DNA of 35,846 nucleotides from Octopus bimaculoides (Eukaryota), in NCBI RefSeq assembly GCF_001194135.2, contig NC_068981.1:187998563-188034408 (forward strand), read 5' to 3'. Shown here in pieces: positions 23,491-33,479 of this stretch (positions are counted from its first letter, which is position 1; every line of letters starts with the position of its first letter). The notes below the pieces were generated by a model. It worked only from the letters and a program-made list of their open reading frames with translations, made no database searches and was not told the origin of the DNA. The position numbers and the translations under genes were made by a program.

Positions 23491-23696
23491 AAACTCCCAT
23501 CATAAAATTGTATGGGGTCCAGGTAGTTAAAATTTTAGATGAATGTGAAATAATTACATATGTATAGTTACTGTATCTATACACCACTCCAATACCATGT
23601 ACACGTAATGGTTAATAACCTTCGTAAATTTAGTTTTGCTTTACTGTAAGGAATCTCCACATGCACATTTATACATATACAGACAATATGCATATA

Positions 23697-23777
23697 TCTA
23701 CCTACCTACCTACCTACCTACCTACCTACCTACCTACCTATTTACCTACCTACCTACCTACCTACCTACCTACCTAC

Positions 23778-23833
<56 letters not shown>

Positions 23834-23850
23834 ATATATATATATATATA
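23697..23850. repeat. (CTAC)n(CTAT)n(TA)n compound microsatellite
   Basis: Direct reading. Confidence 0.95.
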
Positions 23851-23900
23851 AAAGATAATAAGAGTAAAAAAACTACAGAAGGCTTGTGTTACATGGTTAA

Positions 23901-23979
23901 AGTATATATTTAAATTACGTCAGAAAAATGTTCCAAAAAGATTTTATAACATTTTTCTGACATAATTTAAATATATACT
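23901..23979. repeat. 32-bp inverted repeat (1 mismatch, 15-nt spacer) abutting gap 23980-24195
   Basis: agtatatatttaaattacgtcagaaaaatgtt / aacatttttctgacataatttaaatatatact. Confidence 0.95.
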
Positions 23980-24224
23980 NNNNNNNNNNNNNNNNNNNNN
24001 NNNNNNNNNNNNNNNNNNNNNNNNNNNNNNNNNNNNNNNNNNNNNNNNNNNNNNNNNNNNNNNNNNNNNNNNNNNNNNNNNNNNNNNNNNNNNNNNNNNN
24101 NNNNNNNNNNNNNNNNNNNNNNNNNNNNNNNNNNNNNNNNNNNNNNNNNNNNNNNNNNNNNNNNNNNNNNNNNNNNNNNNNNNNNNNNNNNNNNNATACA
24201 TTTATTTAAAAGCAGCAGAAATAT

Positions 24225-24278
24225 AACAAAAAGCTGTTACTCAGAGTTTCACGTTCCTGTTCTTCGGACAGTTTTGTT
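24225..24278 (-). ncRNA. Minimal type I hammerhead ribozyme-like motif (inverted partner)
   Basis: Minus strand: aacaaaactgt CCGAAGA ACA-ggaa-CGU GAAA CUC U GAG UA^ACAG. Intact ACUC/GAGU stem III and GUA triplet. Deviations: U4C and one stem II mismatch. Confidence 0.55.
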
Positions 24279-24404
24279 AGAAAACTATAAAAAAACTAAC
24301 ACGCATATACATACATACACACAAACACATGACGTACACACAAACACATGACGTAAACACACACACATGACGTACACACAAACACATGACGTACACACAA
24401 AACT

Positions 24405-24458
24405 AACAAAACTGTCCGATGAACGGGAACGTGAAACTCTGAATAACAGCTTTTTGTT
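24405..24458 (+). ncRNA. Minimal type I hammerhead ribozyme-like motif
   Basis: Stem I aacaaaactgt/acag(c)tttttgtt, core CCGAUGA, stem II ACG-ggaa-CGU, GAAA, stem III ACUC-U-GAAU, triplet AUA. Deviations: U4C and a C-A mismatch in stem III. Confidence 0.55.
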
Positions 24459-24847
24459 ATATTTCTGCTGCCTTTAAATAAAGCATATTACTCTACCTCT
24501 GGTATTTGAGTACTCTTTTTTCCACCTTGTTTCACATTTTATGTGCTTACTCCGGTATATATATATATATCTTTTATGTTTTATCATTTATCTTTTACTT
24601 TTTTCAGTCATTAGACTGCGGCCATGCCGGAGCGCCACCTTGAATTTTTAGTCGAATAAATCCACCTCAATATTTTTGTTTTTAAGTCAGGTACTTATTC
24701 TATCGTTCACTCTTGCCGAACCGCTAGATTACAGTGACGTAAACATACCAACAACGGTTGTTAAGTATTGGTGGACAACAAACACAGACACAAAGACACG
24801 CACACACACACACACACACACAAACATACACACACAAACATACACAT

Positions 24848-24890
<43 letters not shown>

Positions 24891-24893
<3 letters not shown>

Positions 24894-25654
24894 TGAAATT
24901 TATAGAAAAACAAAAGACGAAGACAGGTGTATGAACGACAAGCAAGTGTAATAGTTTGATGCTCGGGAAAATGAAAGTCTTTTACGCTTCGAGTTTACGC
25001 TCTTCAGCAGAAAGGAATAAGAGAAAATAAGCAGAGAAAAAGAATGAAAAAGAAAAAAAACTTGCATATTTAGCGGTCCAGCATGGCGAATGATTAAAAA
25101 AGTTTGAAAGAAAGGGAGATAATATAGTGCTGGTAATTCCAAATGAAGGTGTGTGTGTGTGAATAGGGCTAGTGACTCTGACGTGTGTATGCGAGTGTTT
25201 GTGCGTCTGTACATGTATAGTTTATGCATAGTTTATATCCATTTAAAGAAGAAACGAAAATGGGGATAAGGGAGTTAATAATTCTTTACTAGTAACAAAT
25301 TGGTCATCTTCGCTTCTTACAGCTGTTTCAATTAGTACTCAAAAATTTAATTACAAATTTGTACCTTAAATTTACATTTATGTGATGTGAGTATAATTTC
25401 ATCAGAGGAAAAAAGATGTACCTTTGGATGTCATATGTGGACTTACCAATTCATTTTAGCAGACTACTGACCATTGACTGAACACTATTCAATTTTTTTT
25501 CTCCGTGTTTTTTCTCCTTGTCTCCGTATTCTTTCTGTTGAAGAGCGTAGCTCGAAACGTCAAAGACTTTCCGTATTCCCGAGCGTCATACTAATATATC
25601 CTTTTGTTATTTACACCACCTGTCCTCGTCTGTTGTTATTATTTGTATATTCTC

Positions 25655-25658
<4 letters not shown>
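24891..25658. mobile_element. Insertion bounded by diverged inverted ~165-bp Penelope-like termini (24891-25060, 25500-25658), each abutting (TA)n
   Basis: Shared blocks gacga(a/g)gacaggtg, tga(t/c)gctcgggaa, gaaagtcttt.acg.ttcgag and tacgctcttca.cagaaag; roughly three-quarters identity by eye. Confidence 0.7.
25530..25566 (+). ncRNA. Minimal type I hammerhead ribozyme-like motif (ACGU stem III, GUC site)
   Basis: ucuuu CUGUUGA A GAGC-gua-GCUC GAAA CGUC^ aaaga. Deviation at core position 6 (A to U). A more degenerate partner lies on the minus strand at 24978-25014. Confidence 0.6.
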
Positions 25659-25690
<32 letters not shown>

Positions 25691-26413
25691 GTACTTACAT
25701 ATACCCCGAGCTTCTTTCAGTTTCCGTTTACCAAATCCACTCACAAGGCTTTGGTTGGTTCAAGTCTATTGTAAAAGCCACTTGCCCAACATACCACGCA
25801 GTGGGACTGAACCCGGAACCATATAGTTGGGAAGCTAGCTTCTTGCTACACAACCACACCTGCGCCTATGTGTGTGTGTGTGTGTGTGTTGTATGATTAT
25901 ACCTGTGTAATTTATATCATCATTACCTATCAACAGTTATCTTGAAAATTTTGAATAACTTGGACGTTTACAGAGAACCATGAAATAAAAATTTCTTTTG
26001 GAATTCTATTTCCTTGCTGCATATAATTCTAAAGATGGTGTAAACGCCTCACAAGTAATATTAAAGATGCAATAATATAAGTGAGTAGCTTTGAAAAGGA
26101 TATTCTTTGTTATACCCTTGCCACTTCTTGTGAGTTATCTATTCATTTTATCTTTACATCAAAAATCAACGCTCTATATTCAGAGCTACATACAATTGTT
26201 ACTGTTTAAAATTATTGAAAATATGTTGACAGAAGATATTTATCAAACGTCTTAAACCATTGTATTTATTGAATGCAGTCAAAGACACTATCTATACAGT
26301 TATTCTGCTGCGGCACAATTTACGTTAGCATTGTTTCATCTCTTTGTATGCTCTGTAACACTAGATATTTGATCACATGATTTTAAAGAAAAAACTTCAA
26401 AATACGTTGTAAA

Positions 26414-26812
26414 GCGTGGTAAGAAGCTGTGTGGTAAGAAGCTTGCTTTCCAACCACATAGTTCTGGGTTCAGTTCCACTAAGTGGCACCTTCGGCGAGT
26501 GTCTTCTACAATAGCCTCAGGTTGATCAAAGCCTTGTGAGGGGATTTGGTAGACGGAAACTGAAAGAAGCCTGTCGTATCTGTATATATGCATATTTTTG
26601 TGTATGTGTCTTTGTGTATAAGTTTGTCCTCTCACCGTCGCTAGAGAACTGAAGCTGGAGTGATTACGTCCCCGTAACTTAGCAGTTCGGCAGAAAAGAC
26701 CAATAGAATAAGCACTATGCTTACAAGGAATAAGTCCTGGGGTCGCTTTCTTCGACTAAAAACCCCTTTAAATCAGTGCTCCAGCATGTCCGCAATCAAC
26801 TGACTCAAACTA
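26414..26812 (+). mobile_element. SINE family A, near full length
   Basis: Collinear with the reverse complement of 16741-17216. Confidence 0.85.
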
Positions 26813-26980
26813 ATGTCACAGAATGTCTGCTGCATCTCATGAGAGATGAACGAGAAAGGAACCGGATTATAGGCAATCGGAGCTGTTTAATCCGTCGAAA
26901 GCCTGTTTAATCGTCCGAATGTTCTGTGCGCTTTTGATATAAGTAATGAGTTGCTCCTCTTTTTTTATATTTTCTGTTTT

Positions 26981-27432
26981 ATCTTTTTATCTTTTTTCTT
27001 GTCTGCGGCCTTGCTAGAGCACCACCTTGAAGAGTTTAAGTCGAAAAAATCGATCCCAAGACGTTTTTTAAAAGCCTAATACTCATTCTAACGTTCTATT
27101 TTGCTGAATCGCTAATTTATGGGAACGCAGACAAACTACCACCGGTTGTCAAGCGTTGGTGAAGGAACAAACACAGACACAAATACACACACACATACAT
27201 AGCACACATATACATACATACACACAAACGCATCACGTACACACACACATATATATATATGTGTGTGTGTACGACAAGCTTCTTTCAGTTTCCGTCAACC
27301 AACTCCACTCAAAAGGCTTTGGTTAGCCCGAGGCTATTGTAGAAGACACTTATTCAAGTCCCACGCTGTGGGACTGAACCCAGAACGGTGAGGTTGAGAA
27401 GCAAAATTCTTACCATGCAAACACGCCTGTGT
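26981..27432 (-). mobile_element. SINE family A, near full length, diverged
   Basis: Collinear with 16741-17216. Confidence 0.85.
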
Positions 27433-27445
27433 ATGTATGTATGTG

Positions 27446-27821
27446 TGGAGGCACAATGGTCCAGTGGTTAGGGCAGCGGACTCGCGGTCGTAGGATCGCG
27501 GTTTCGATTCCCAGACCGGGCGATGTGAGTATTTATTGAGCGAAAACACCTAAAGCTCCACAAGGCTCCGGCAGAGGATGGTGGCGAAACCTGCCGTACT
27601 CTTTCACCACAACTTTCTCTCACTCTTTCTTCTTCTTTCTCTTGTACCTGTATTTCAAAGAACCAGCCTTGTCACGCTCTGTGTCACGCTGAATCTTCCC
27701 GAGAAATACGTTAAAGGTACACATGTCTGTGGAGTGCTCAACCACTTGCGCGGTAATTTCACGAGCAGGAAGTTCCGTTTTCGGATCAACTGGAACCCTC
27801 GTCGTCGCAGCCGATGGAGTG
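27446..27821 (+). mobile_element. Full-length tRNA-derived SINE family B
   Basis: A box tggtccagtgg, B box ggtttcgattcc, and 3' domain gccttgtcacgctctgtgtcacgctgaatc...ccgatggagtg, followed by (TATG)n. Confidence 0.9.
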
Positions 27822-28438
27822 ATTCTCTCTCTCTCATGTGTGTATGTATGTATGTATGTATGTATGTATCAATATGACTACGTTTTGATAATATTTTACA
27901 TAAGCTGTGTGCAATTTCTTGTAACGCCGTTTTCTCTATGTTGTACAAATTTGTAGACCCTCTTTATTCGGTTATGCATTTCTCTGCATGACCTTTCATT
28001 ATTGCCCGGTCAGTTATTGATATAGTTATCTTTTTTGTGCTTTCAGTCGTCACCATATTCTGGTTACTCTAGATTTTTATATTTGGAAAATTTGTCTCTA
28101 TGTTTTAGAGATCCATTCTCGTCTTTCGAAACTAATTCTTCGGTGAGAAGACTATTTCTCTCTGGGTCGTCTACAGCATCAAGATTTGACTGAGTAACTC
28201 TGATGTGTCTGTCTGTCCTGGCTGACATGTATCGCAATACGATCCCGACTGAAGACTGTAATAAGATGAAATAAATAAATTGAAAAAGGGAATGAAATAT
28301 GTGTATGTAAACGAATAGAAATGAAAAGAAATAAAAACAATACATCAGCAAAAGGGCGATGAACCGTCACCTAAATTAGATCAGAGCACACCGCGACACC
28401 AGCCGACTTCCACACTGGAATCCGTTACTGTTTGTTAG

Positions 28439-28483
28439 TTGATACATTTAGAAAACTTATGAGACACCGTCATATTCGACAAG
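28439..28483 (+). CDS. Candidate 45-bp symmetric exon, (x)DTFRKLMRHRHIRQ
   Basis: Acceptor gttactgtttgttag| (moderate), strong donor aag|gtaaga, and one open frame in phase 1-1. Confidence 0.3.
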
Positions 28484-28962
28484 GTAAGAAGCATTCTTAA
28501 TCTCTCGGGAAAGATCGATTCAGTGATAATAGATTATTGATGTGGATGATTTCTATACCTTCTTCGTGACGATTGAATTCTGATCATATTTCATCATCTT
28601 GAATAAACACATCATCCTCTTAGTTCATTCATCACATCTATGTAACTTCGATCGCAGATGTGCGTGAGTGCGTGTGTGTGTGCGTGTGTGTGTGCGTGTG
28701 ATGAATTGCAGCATTCCTGGGCGGTATTTCTGTTTGTGTTTTAAGTTCTAAAAAATTCATTGCCATCATTCAGTGCCGTGAGACAATATGCTGCAAAATT
28801 CCAGTTGGTTTTATTACCTAAGACCGGTATATCCATCATGTTTTGCTTTCTTGTAATTTTCTTAGAAGAATTTATTTGCCTGTGCGTATTTTGATTTTGT
28901 CTCTGTCTCTCTGCTTAAAGTATGTTTGGATATTATATATTTATGAAGTTAATTATGTATAT

Positions 28963-29126
28963 AGGCGCAGGAGTAATTGTGTGGTGAGAAGCTTACTTCT
29001 CAACCACATGGTCCCGGTTTCAATCCCACTGCGTGGCATCTTGAGCAAGTAACCTCTACTACAGCCTCGGGCTGACCAAAGCCTTGTGAATAGATTTGGT
29101 AGATGGAAACTGAAAGAAGCCCGTTG

Positions 29127-29157
<31 letters not shown>

Positions 29158-29375
29158 GTATGTATTTGTGTGTCTGTGTTTGTCCCATCACCATCGCTTG
29201 ACAACTGATGTTGCTGTGTTTACGTCCCGGTAACATTAGTGGTTCGGCAAAAGAGACAGATAGAATAAGTACTAGGCTTACAAAGAATAAGCCCTGGGGT
29301 TGATTTGTTCGACTAAACGCGGTGCTCCAGTGTGGCCGCAGGCAAAATGACTGAAACAAGTAAAAGAATGAAAAA
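28963..29375 (+). mobile_element. Full-length SINE family A
   Basis: aggcgcaggagt...gactgaaacaagtaaaaga, with internal (TA)n. Confidence 0.92.
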
Positions 29376-29977
29376 TATATCATATTTTGCTGTTGACTGC
29401 AATATAAATATCGAACTCGCAACATCATTTCCATACTCGAAAACTGTACGGATGTCCTTGGACGTCTCACCGAAGTATTAGTCCCGAAAGACAATAATGG
29501 ATCTCTAAAACATATAGACAAATCTTCCAAATATAAAAATCTAGGGTAACCAGAATATGGTGACGACTGAGAGTACAAATAAAAAGAAAAAAACTGCGAA
29601 GCTGAAAGGGCATCATCGCTGTACAATTGGAGACGTAAAGTTGGGGGTTTTGTTTTTAGTGTATCTAAATCACAGAATTACCACGGCCTCATCGTAGCTT
29701 CTCATACTGGCAATAAATGGATCATGGATGGATGTGTTTTCCCCAAGACGGATCGTTATTGAGAAGCAGAGATTTTTCTAGCATTCATTATTATTTCGAT
29801 ACCGGGGCTGTTCTTACAACTGTAGTTCTCTGGGATGTCAAACTTTAGTGAAAAGGTGTATGGAGCATTCCTAGGAGATGTAGAATGTCTCTTGTTTTGT
29901 CGAATATGGTGGCATGTAATTGGCCTTCTGAATGCATCAACTTACAACAAAGGATTCCAGTGTAACGACAGTGTACT

Positions 29978-30130
29978 TTATGGTATGAAAAGTTAATAAA
30001 TTTTGCTTCTCAGTAATGATTCCGAGCTCAAATCCTCAATGCAGCATCTTGGACAAGTATCTTTTACTAGAAACATTCGTCCATCCAAGACTTATGAGTA
30101 ATATTGGACAGATTGAAAGGATGGAAGCAT
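29978..30130 (+). mobile_element. Degenerate SINE family A 5' part
   Basis: gattccgagctcaaatcc...gcagcatcttggacaagtatctttact. Confidence 0.45.
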
Positions 30131-31188
30131 ATCTGATGGACAGTACAAATAGTTCAAATCGCTGACCTTGTGTCACATTTCGTGACACTGATTTAATTTG
30201 TTGACTGAACAACTTGAAGCTTGCTACGATGTCTTCTTCAGGATTCTTTTTAATGTTCTTTGCGTTCTGAGGATGAGGATGAATTCGAACACCTAGAGTA
30301 TTCTTGGGCGGAACAGCGGCGATTTATATTTTATTAGCTTAGATAGACATAATGATGGAATTAATGCTTTTCGAATTCCATAATTAGAGGGAAATGTGGC
30401 GTTTCCGTTATCTTGCTTGATGCGAGTTGGCAGGAGAGAATGAGCGAGGAAAATCTCCTTTCCATTTTATTTATTCATTAGTTATTTTGTGACAGCATTC
30501 ACATTATTCAAAAAGGATATTTAGATCGGTGAAAATTTGAAATCTATATTTTTATTTCTATTTCTTCAGCTTTTTATTGATTTTTATTTCTTCCTTACAA
30601 TTGCAAATATTCTAGTTTGATGGATGGAAATGTTTAAACATTTAGGTTAAATTTGCCTTCATTTCAAAATAATTTTTTAAAAGACCGAATTATTTCACCC
30701 ACTTCTAATACAGAGAATTCAAATCTGTTTTAGCTGCTTTACTATACAAAAAAATCTTTACTGACACGAAAGGGAAATACCATTCTTTATATTTCCTGTC
30801 ATTCTCAATGGTTTTCCGCTTATTTTTATGCTCCTGCAGCACGATACATGTATGGTCATATGGTTAAGAAATTATTTCTCAATCACGTTAATCTAAGTTC
30901 GAACCAGAAGACATACCTCTTCACGTATAACGTTTATTTGACCGAAAAATAAAAGAGTGAAACTGAGACGACCAGAATTATGTGGCAGCCTGTCGGACGT
31001 ACTGTACTTGGTATTGAGCGTTAAACTTAACTTGTCTCCTGATTAAACATCAACATCTTGCACTCGGAGAACTTTAGCTGGGTCTGATCTATTGTAAGCA
31101 TTTGATTACGAGTTGCGGTTTATTAGTTACTTTTCTCTCTTGAGGTTTTGTAAAATGTAATCAATCGTATTCTTGAACAAAACACTCA

Positions 31189-31256
31189 GGTCCACTCAGC
31201 TGTAAATACATAATTTTGCTCCGGTCCACTCAGCTGTATATAAATAATTTTGCGAC
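31189..31256 (+). repeat. 34-bp tandem duplication within a decayed CORE-like SINE fragment
   Basis: ggtccactcagctgta.ata.ataattttgc x2; ccactcag is shared with the SINE at 13260. Confidence 0.8.
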
Positions 31257-31675
31257 AGACTGAGGCCTCGTTCAAGGGAAGGTTGTGATCTCAGTCACTA
31301 ATATACCTTAGAAACCGGGTGTCCAGCTCTCAGAATTCTATAGCTGCAGACAGTAACATCTAGGTTTAAGAGTGCCCTCGTTTGACAATGATGAATTCAG
31401 GTATACAATTACAATCAACTGGATTACCTTCTCCTCTATCAATCCTTAGAGTCTACAAGTACGCTTCAGCAGGCGCGATTTCATTTGACTCTGGAAGACG
31501 CAAAAGTAGGCGACCACATGATTTTTTTCTCTACGGTTCATTAGTTTGTAGGAACAGCGTCATGTTTTAAGGCGTAAACTCAAAACCAAGTGGTTGCCCG
31601 ATTTTTATGTCTTTCAGAGGTATAGTCAAACGAAATCGTGTACGCCAAACTGTACTGGAGAGTTCAAAGAGTTAA

Positions 31676-31925
31676 TGTGTAAGTGGTTGAGTGTTCCTCA
31701 AACTCATAATTCTCAAGAGAATTAGCATGAGTCAGTGTGTGATAAGCTGTACCTCTTGAATCGTATATACAAGTCACCCAACGGGCTTCTAGATAGTTTC
31801 TGCCAACCCAATTTTATTACTAAGGTAAAGGTAGACACTGGGCCACGAAAATCGACGCATTCATAATATAACACACCATGAGATCGAATCCGAGAAGCGA
31901 ACTTCCTAAACACTTGGCCATACTG
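31676..31925 (-). mobile_element. Old SINE remnant joining a family B-type 3' domain to a family A-type 5' region
   Basis: gtgtaagtggttgagtg...gtgtgataagctg resembles B; aacgggcttctagatagtttctgccaacc resembles A. Confidence 0.4.
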
Positions 31926-31944
31926 TACTTACTAGACTAAGCTA

Positions 31945-32323
31945 TAATAATGCTTTCTACGATAAGCACAAGGCCTGAAATGTGAGGGGAGGGAGGGAGG
32001 GAAACAGTGTTCAACTGGTATTTATTTAATCGATCCCGAAATGAGGAAAGCAAAGAGGTTCTCGGTGAAATTTAAACCCAGAGTGAAAAGACGGGCGAAA
32101 TGCCGCTAAGCATTTTGCACAAAGCCAGCAACTAACTTCGGGGTAGGGATTACTCGATTACATCGATTACCACAATAATTAACTGGTACTTATTTTATCA
32201 ATCGCAAATGAATGAAAGGTAAAGCTTACCCCAGCGGAATTTGAACTTGGAACGTAAAGGCGGACGAAATACCGTTAAACATTTTTTTTCCGGCGTGCTA
32301 ACAATTCTGCCAGTTCAACGCAC
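31945..32323 (-). mobile_element. Two tandem CORE-type SINE family D copies
   Basis: The core aactggta.ttatt..atc and head gacg..cgaaat.ccg.taa.cattt occur twice. Confidence 0.75.
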
Positions 32324-32325
32324 TA

Positions 32326-32389
<64 letters not shown>

Positions 32390-32443
32390 CGACGTTGACG
32401 ATGATGATGATGACGACGATGACGATGATGATGATGACGGCGA

Positions 32444-32488
<45 letters not shown>

Positions 32489-32501
32489 TGATGATGATGA
32501 T
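32326..32501. repeat. (GAT)n/(GAC)n trinucleotide array
   Basis: Direct reading; the source of the poly-D/M/H/S ORFs. Confidence 0.97.
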
Positions 32502-33479
32502 TTCTTAATGCATAAAACAGATATTTTGGTTTCCATACTCGTCTTCTTTTACTACCAATTTCTGTGTTGTTTTGTCGGTTTGTTTCAATAATTTCTAATC
32601 GCACTCAGCGCAAATGACATTCTACTTGATACAATAAAATCTTCAGCTTAAAAATGTTATTTCTTTGCTGCCTAATAATTTCAAGATATTACGACAAAAT
32701 TATTTTTGTGGTGCGTGCTTAATCTAATCCAATCTGAACCACTCTCCAAAATATTATTTGTCTCTTTTACATTAATTCTCATTGATTTTGAAAACTTTGA
32801 GTAAAAAACATCAATTTTTTAAATTTTACATTGTATGTTTTTCTATTTAAATTATTTTCATAATTATTTTAATCAACAATCTAGAGCCAATTGACATCTT
32901 ATGAAATTATGACAGAAATTTCAAAAACGTATTCATATAAGTTATAATTATAATTTCGAATATTTCCTTTGCTTTGAAAAACGTTATAGACTAATTTTAA
33001 ACGGCCATAATGACAAATGTTGTAATATAACAATTGAAACTGACAGACACATCGTTGTCATTTAAATATATACATCTCATTTATCGTGGGTGTTTGCTTC
33101 CAAAATGAAACCGTGTTGAATGAATCAGTGATAAATGAATAATAGGACATACGGGGTAAATAAGTTTCGTTTTGAGATCCCAAGTTCTCCTGAGTATTAT
33201 GATTGGTCAATGGGGTGTGCTTTTGCGGTTCAAGCAGAATCTTTTACTGATCCGCGAGCGGTATTAAAACATATCAATCCGTGATAAGCGTAACAGGGCT
33301 CATAGTAAACACACTGTTATGACGAATCAGGTATGAATAAATCAGTGATGAACGAGGATACATGCAATAGATAACACAGTTAAACAACGGTTATCATCAT
33401 CAGAAATATTTTAAGTGGGATCTTATCATAAGATCTTTCTAAGATCCACCATTCCTTCTTTACGCCATGAACAACTCCT

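Larger units (their letters stand above)
24201..24570. mobile_element. Penelope-like terminal repeat pair: 80-bp inverted arms (24201-24280, 24403-24482) with a 19-bp x4 minisatellite spacer; the right arm runs on to (TA)n
   Basis: Arms differ at 4 of 80 positions. Each contains a hammerhead-like core. The spacer is acacacaaacacatgacgt x4 (24317-24392). Confidence 0.75.
24571..25868 (-). mobile_element. SINE family A split by a ~770-bp insertion: 3' half 24571-24890, 5' half 25687-25868
   Basis: The halves are collinear on the minus strand, and both junctions lie in (TA)n. Confidence 0.8.
28035..29579. repeat. 115-bp inverted repeat (28035-28148 / 29465-29579) made of an RLE LINE fragment
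   Basis: 10 mismatches in 115 nt by hand alignment. Translates EVLVPKDNNGSLKHIDKSSKYKNL, aligning to DVSIPADDNVSLKEMEKLSKYKDL of the 5026 ORF. Confidence 0.85.

Noticed and set aside
27446-27520. tRNA-like sequence with A and B boxes (also 7811, 14940-15015, 17140-17216, 18088, 28963)
   Set aside because: These are SINE heads continuing into repeated SINE bodies, with no complete cloverleaf or acceptor stem. They are not tRNA genes.
29000-29626. 208-aa minus-strand ORF
   Set aside because: Mostly an antisense read-through of SINE A and the LINE-derived inverted arm.
30160-30480. Possible CR1/Jockey-like fragment on the minus strand (LGVRI...)
   Set aside because: Similarity is too weak to support by eye.
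32241-32604. Poly-Asp/Met/His/Ser ORFs
   Set aside because: All are translations of the (GAT/GAC)n array next to a SINE, with no splice or homology support.
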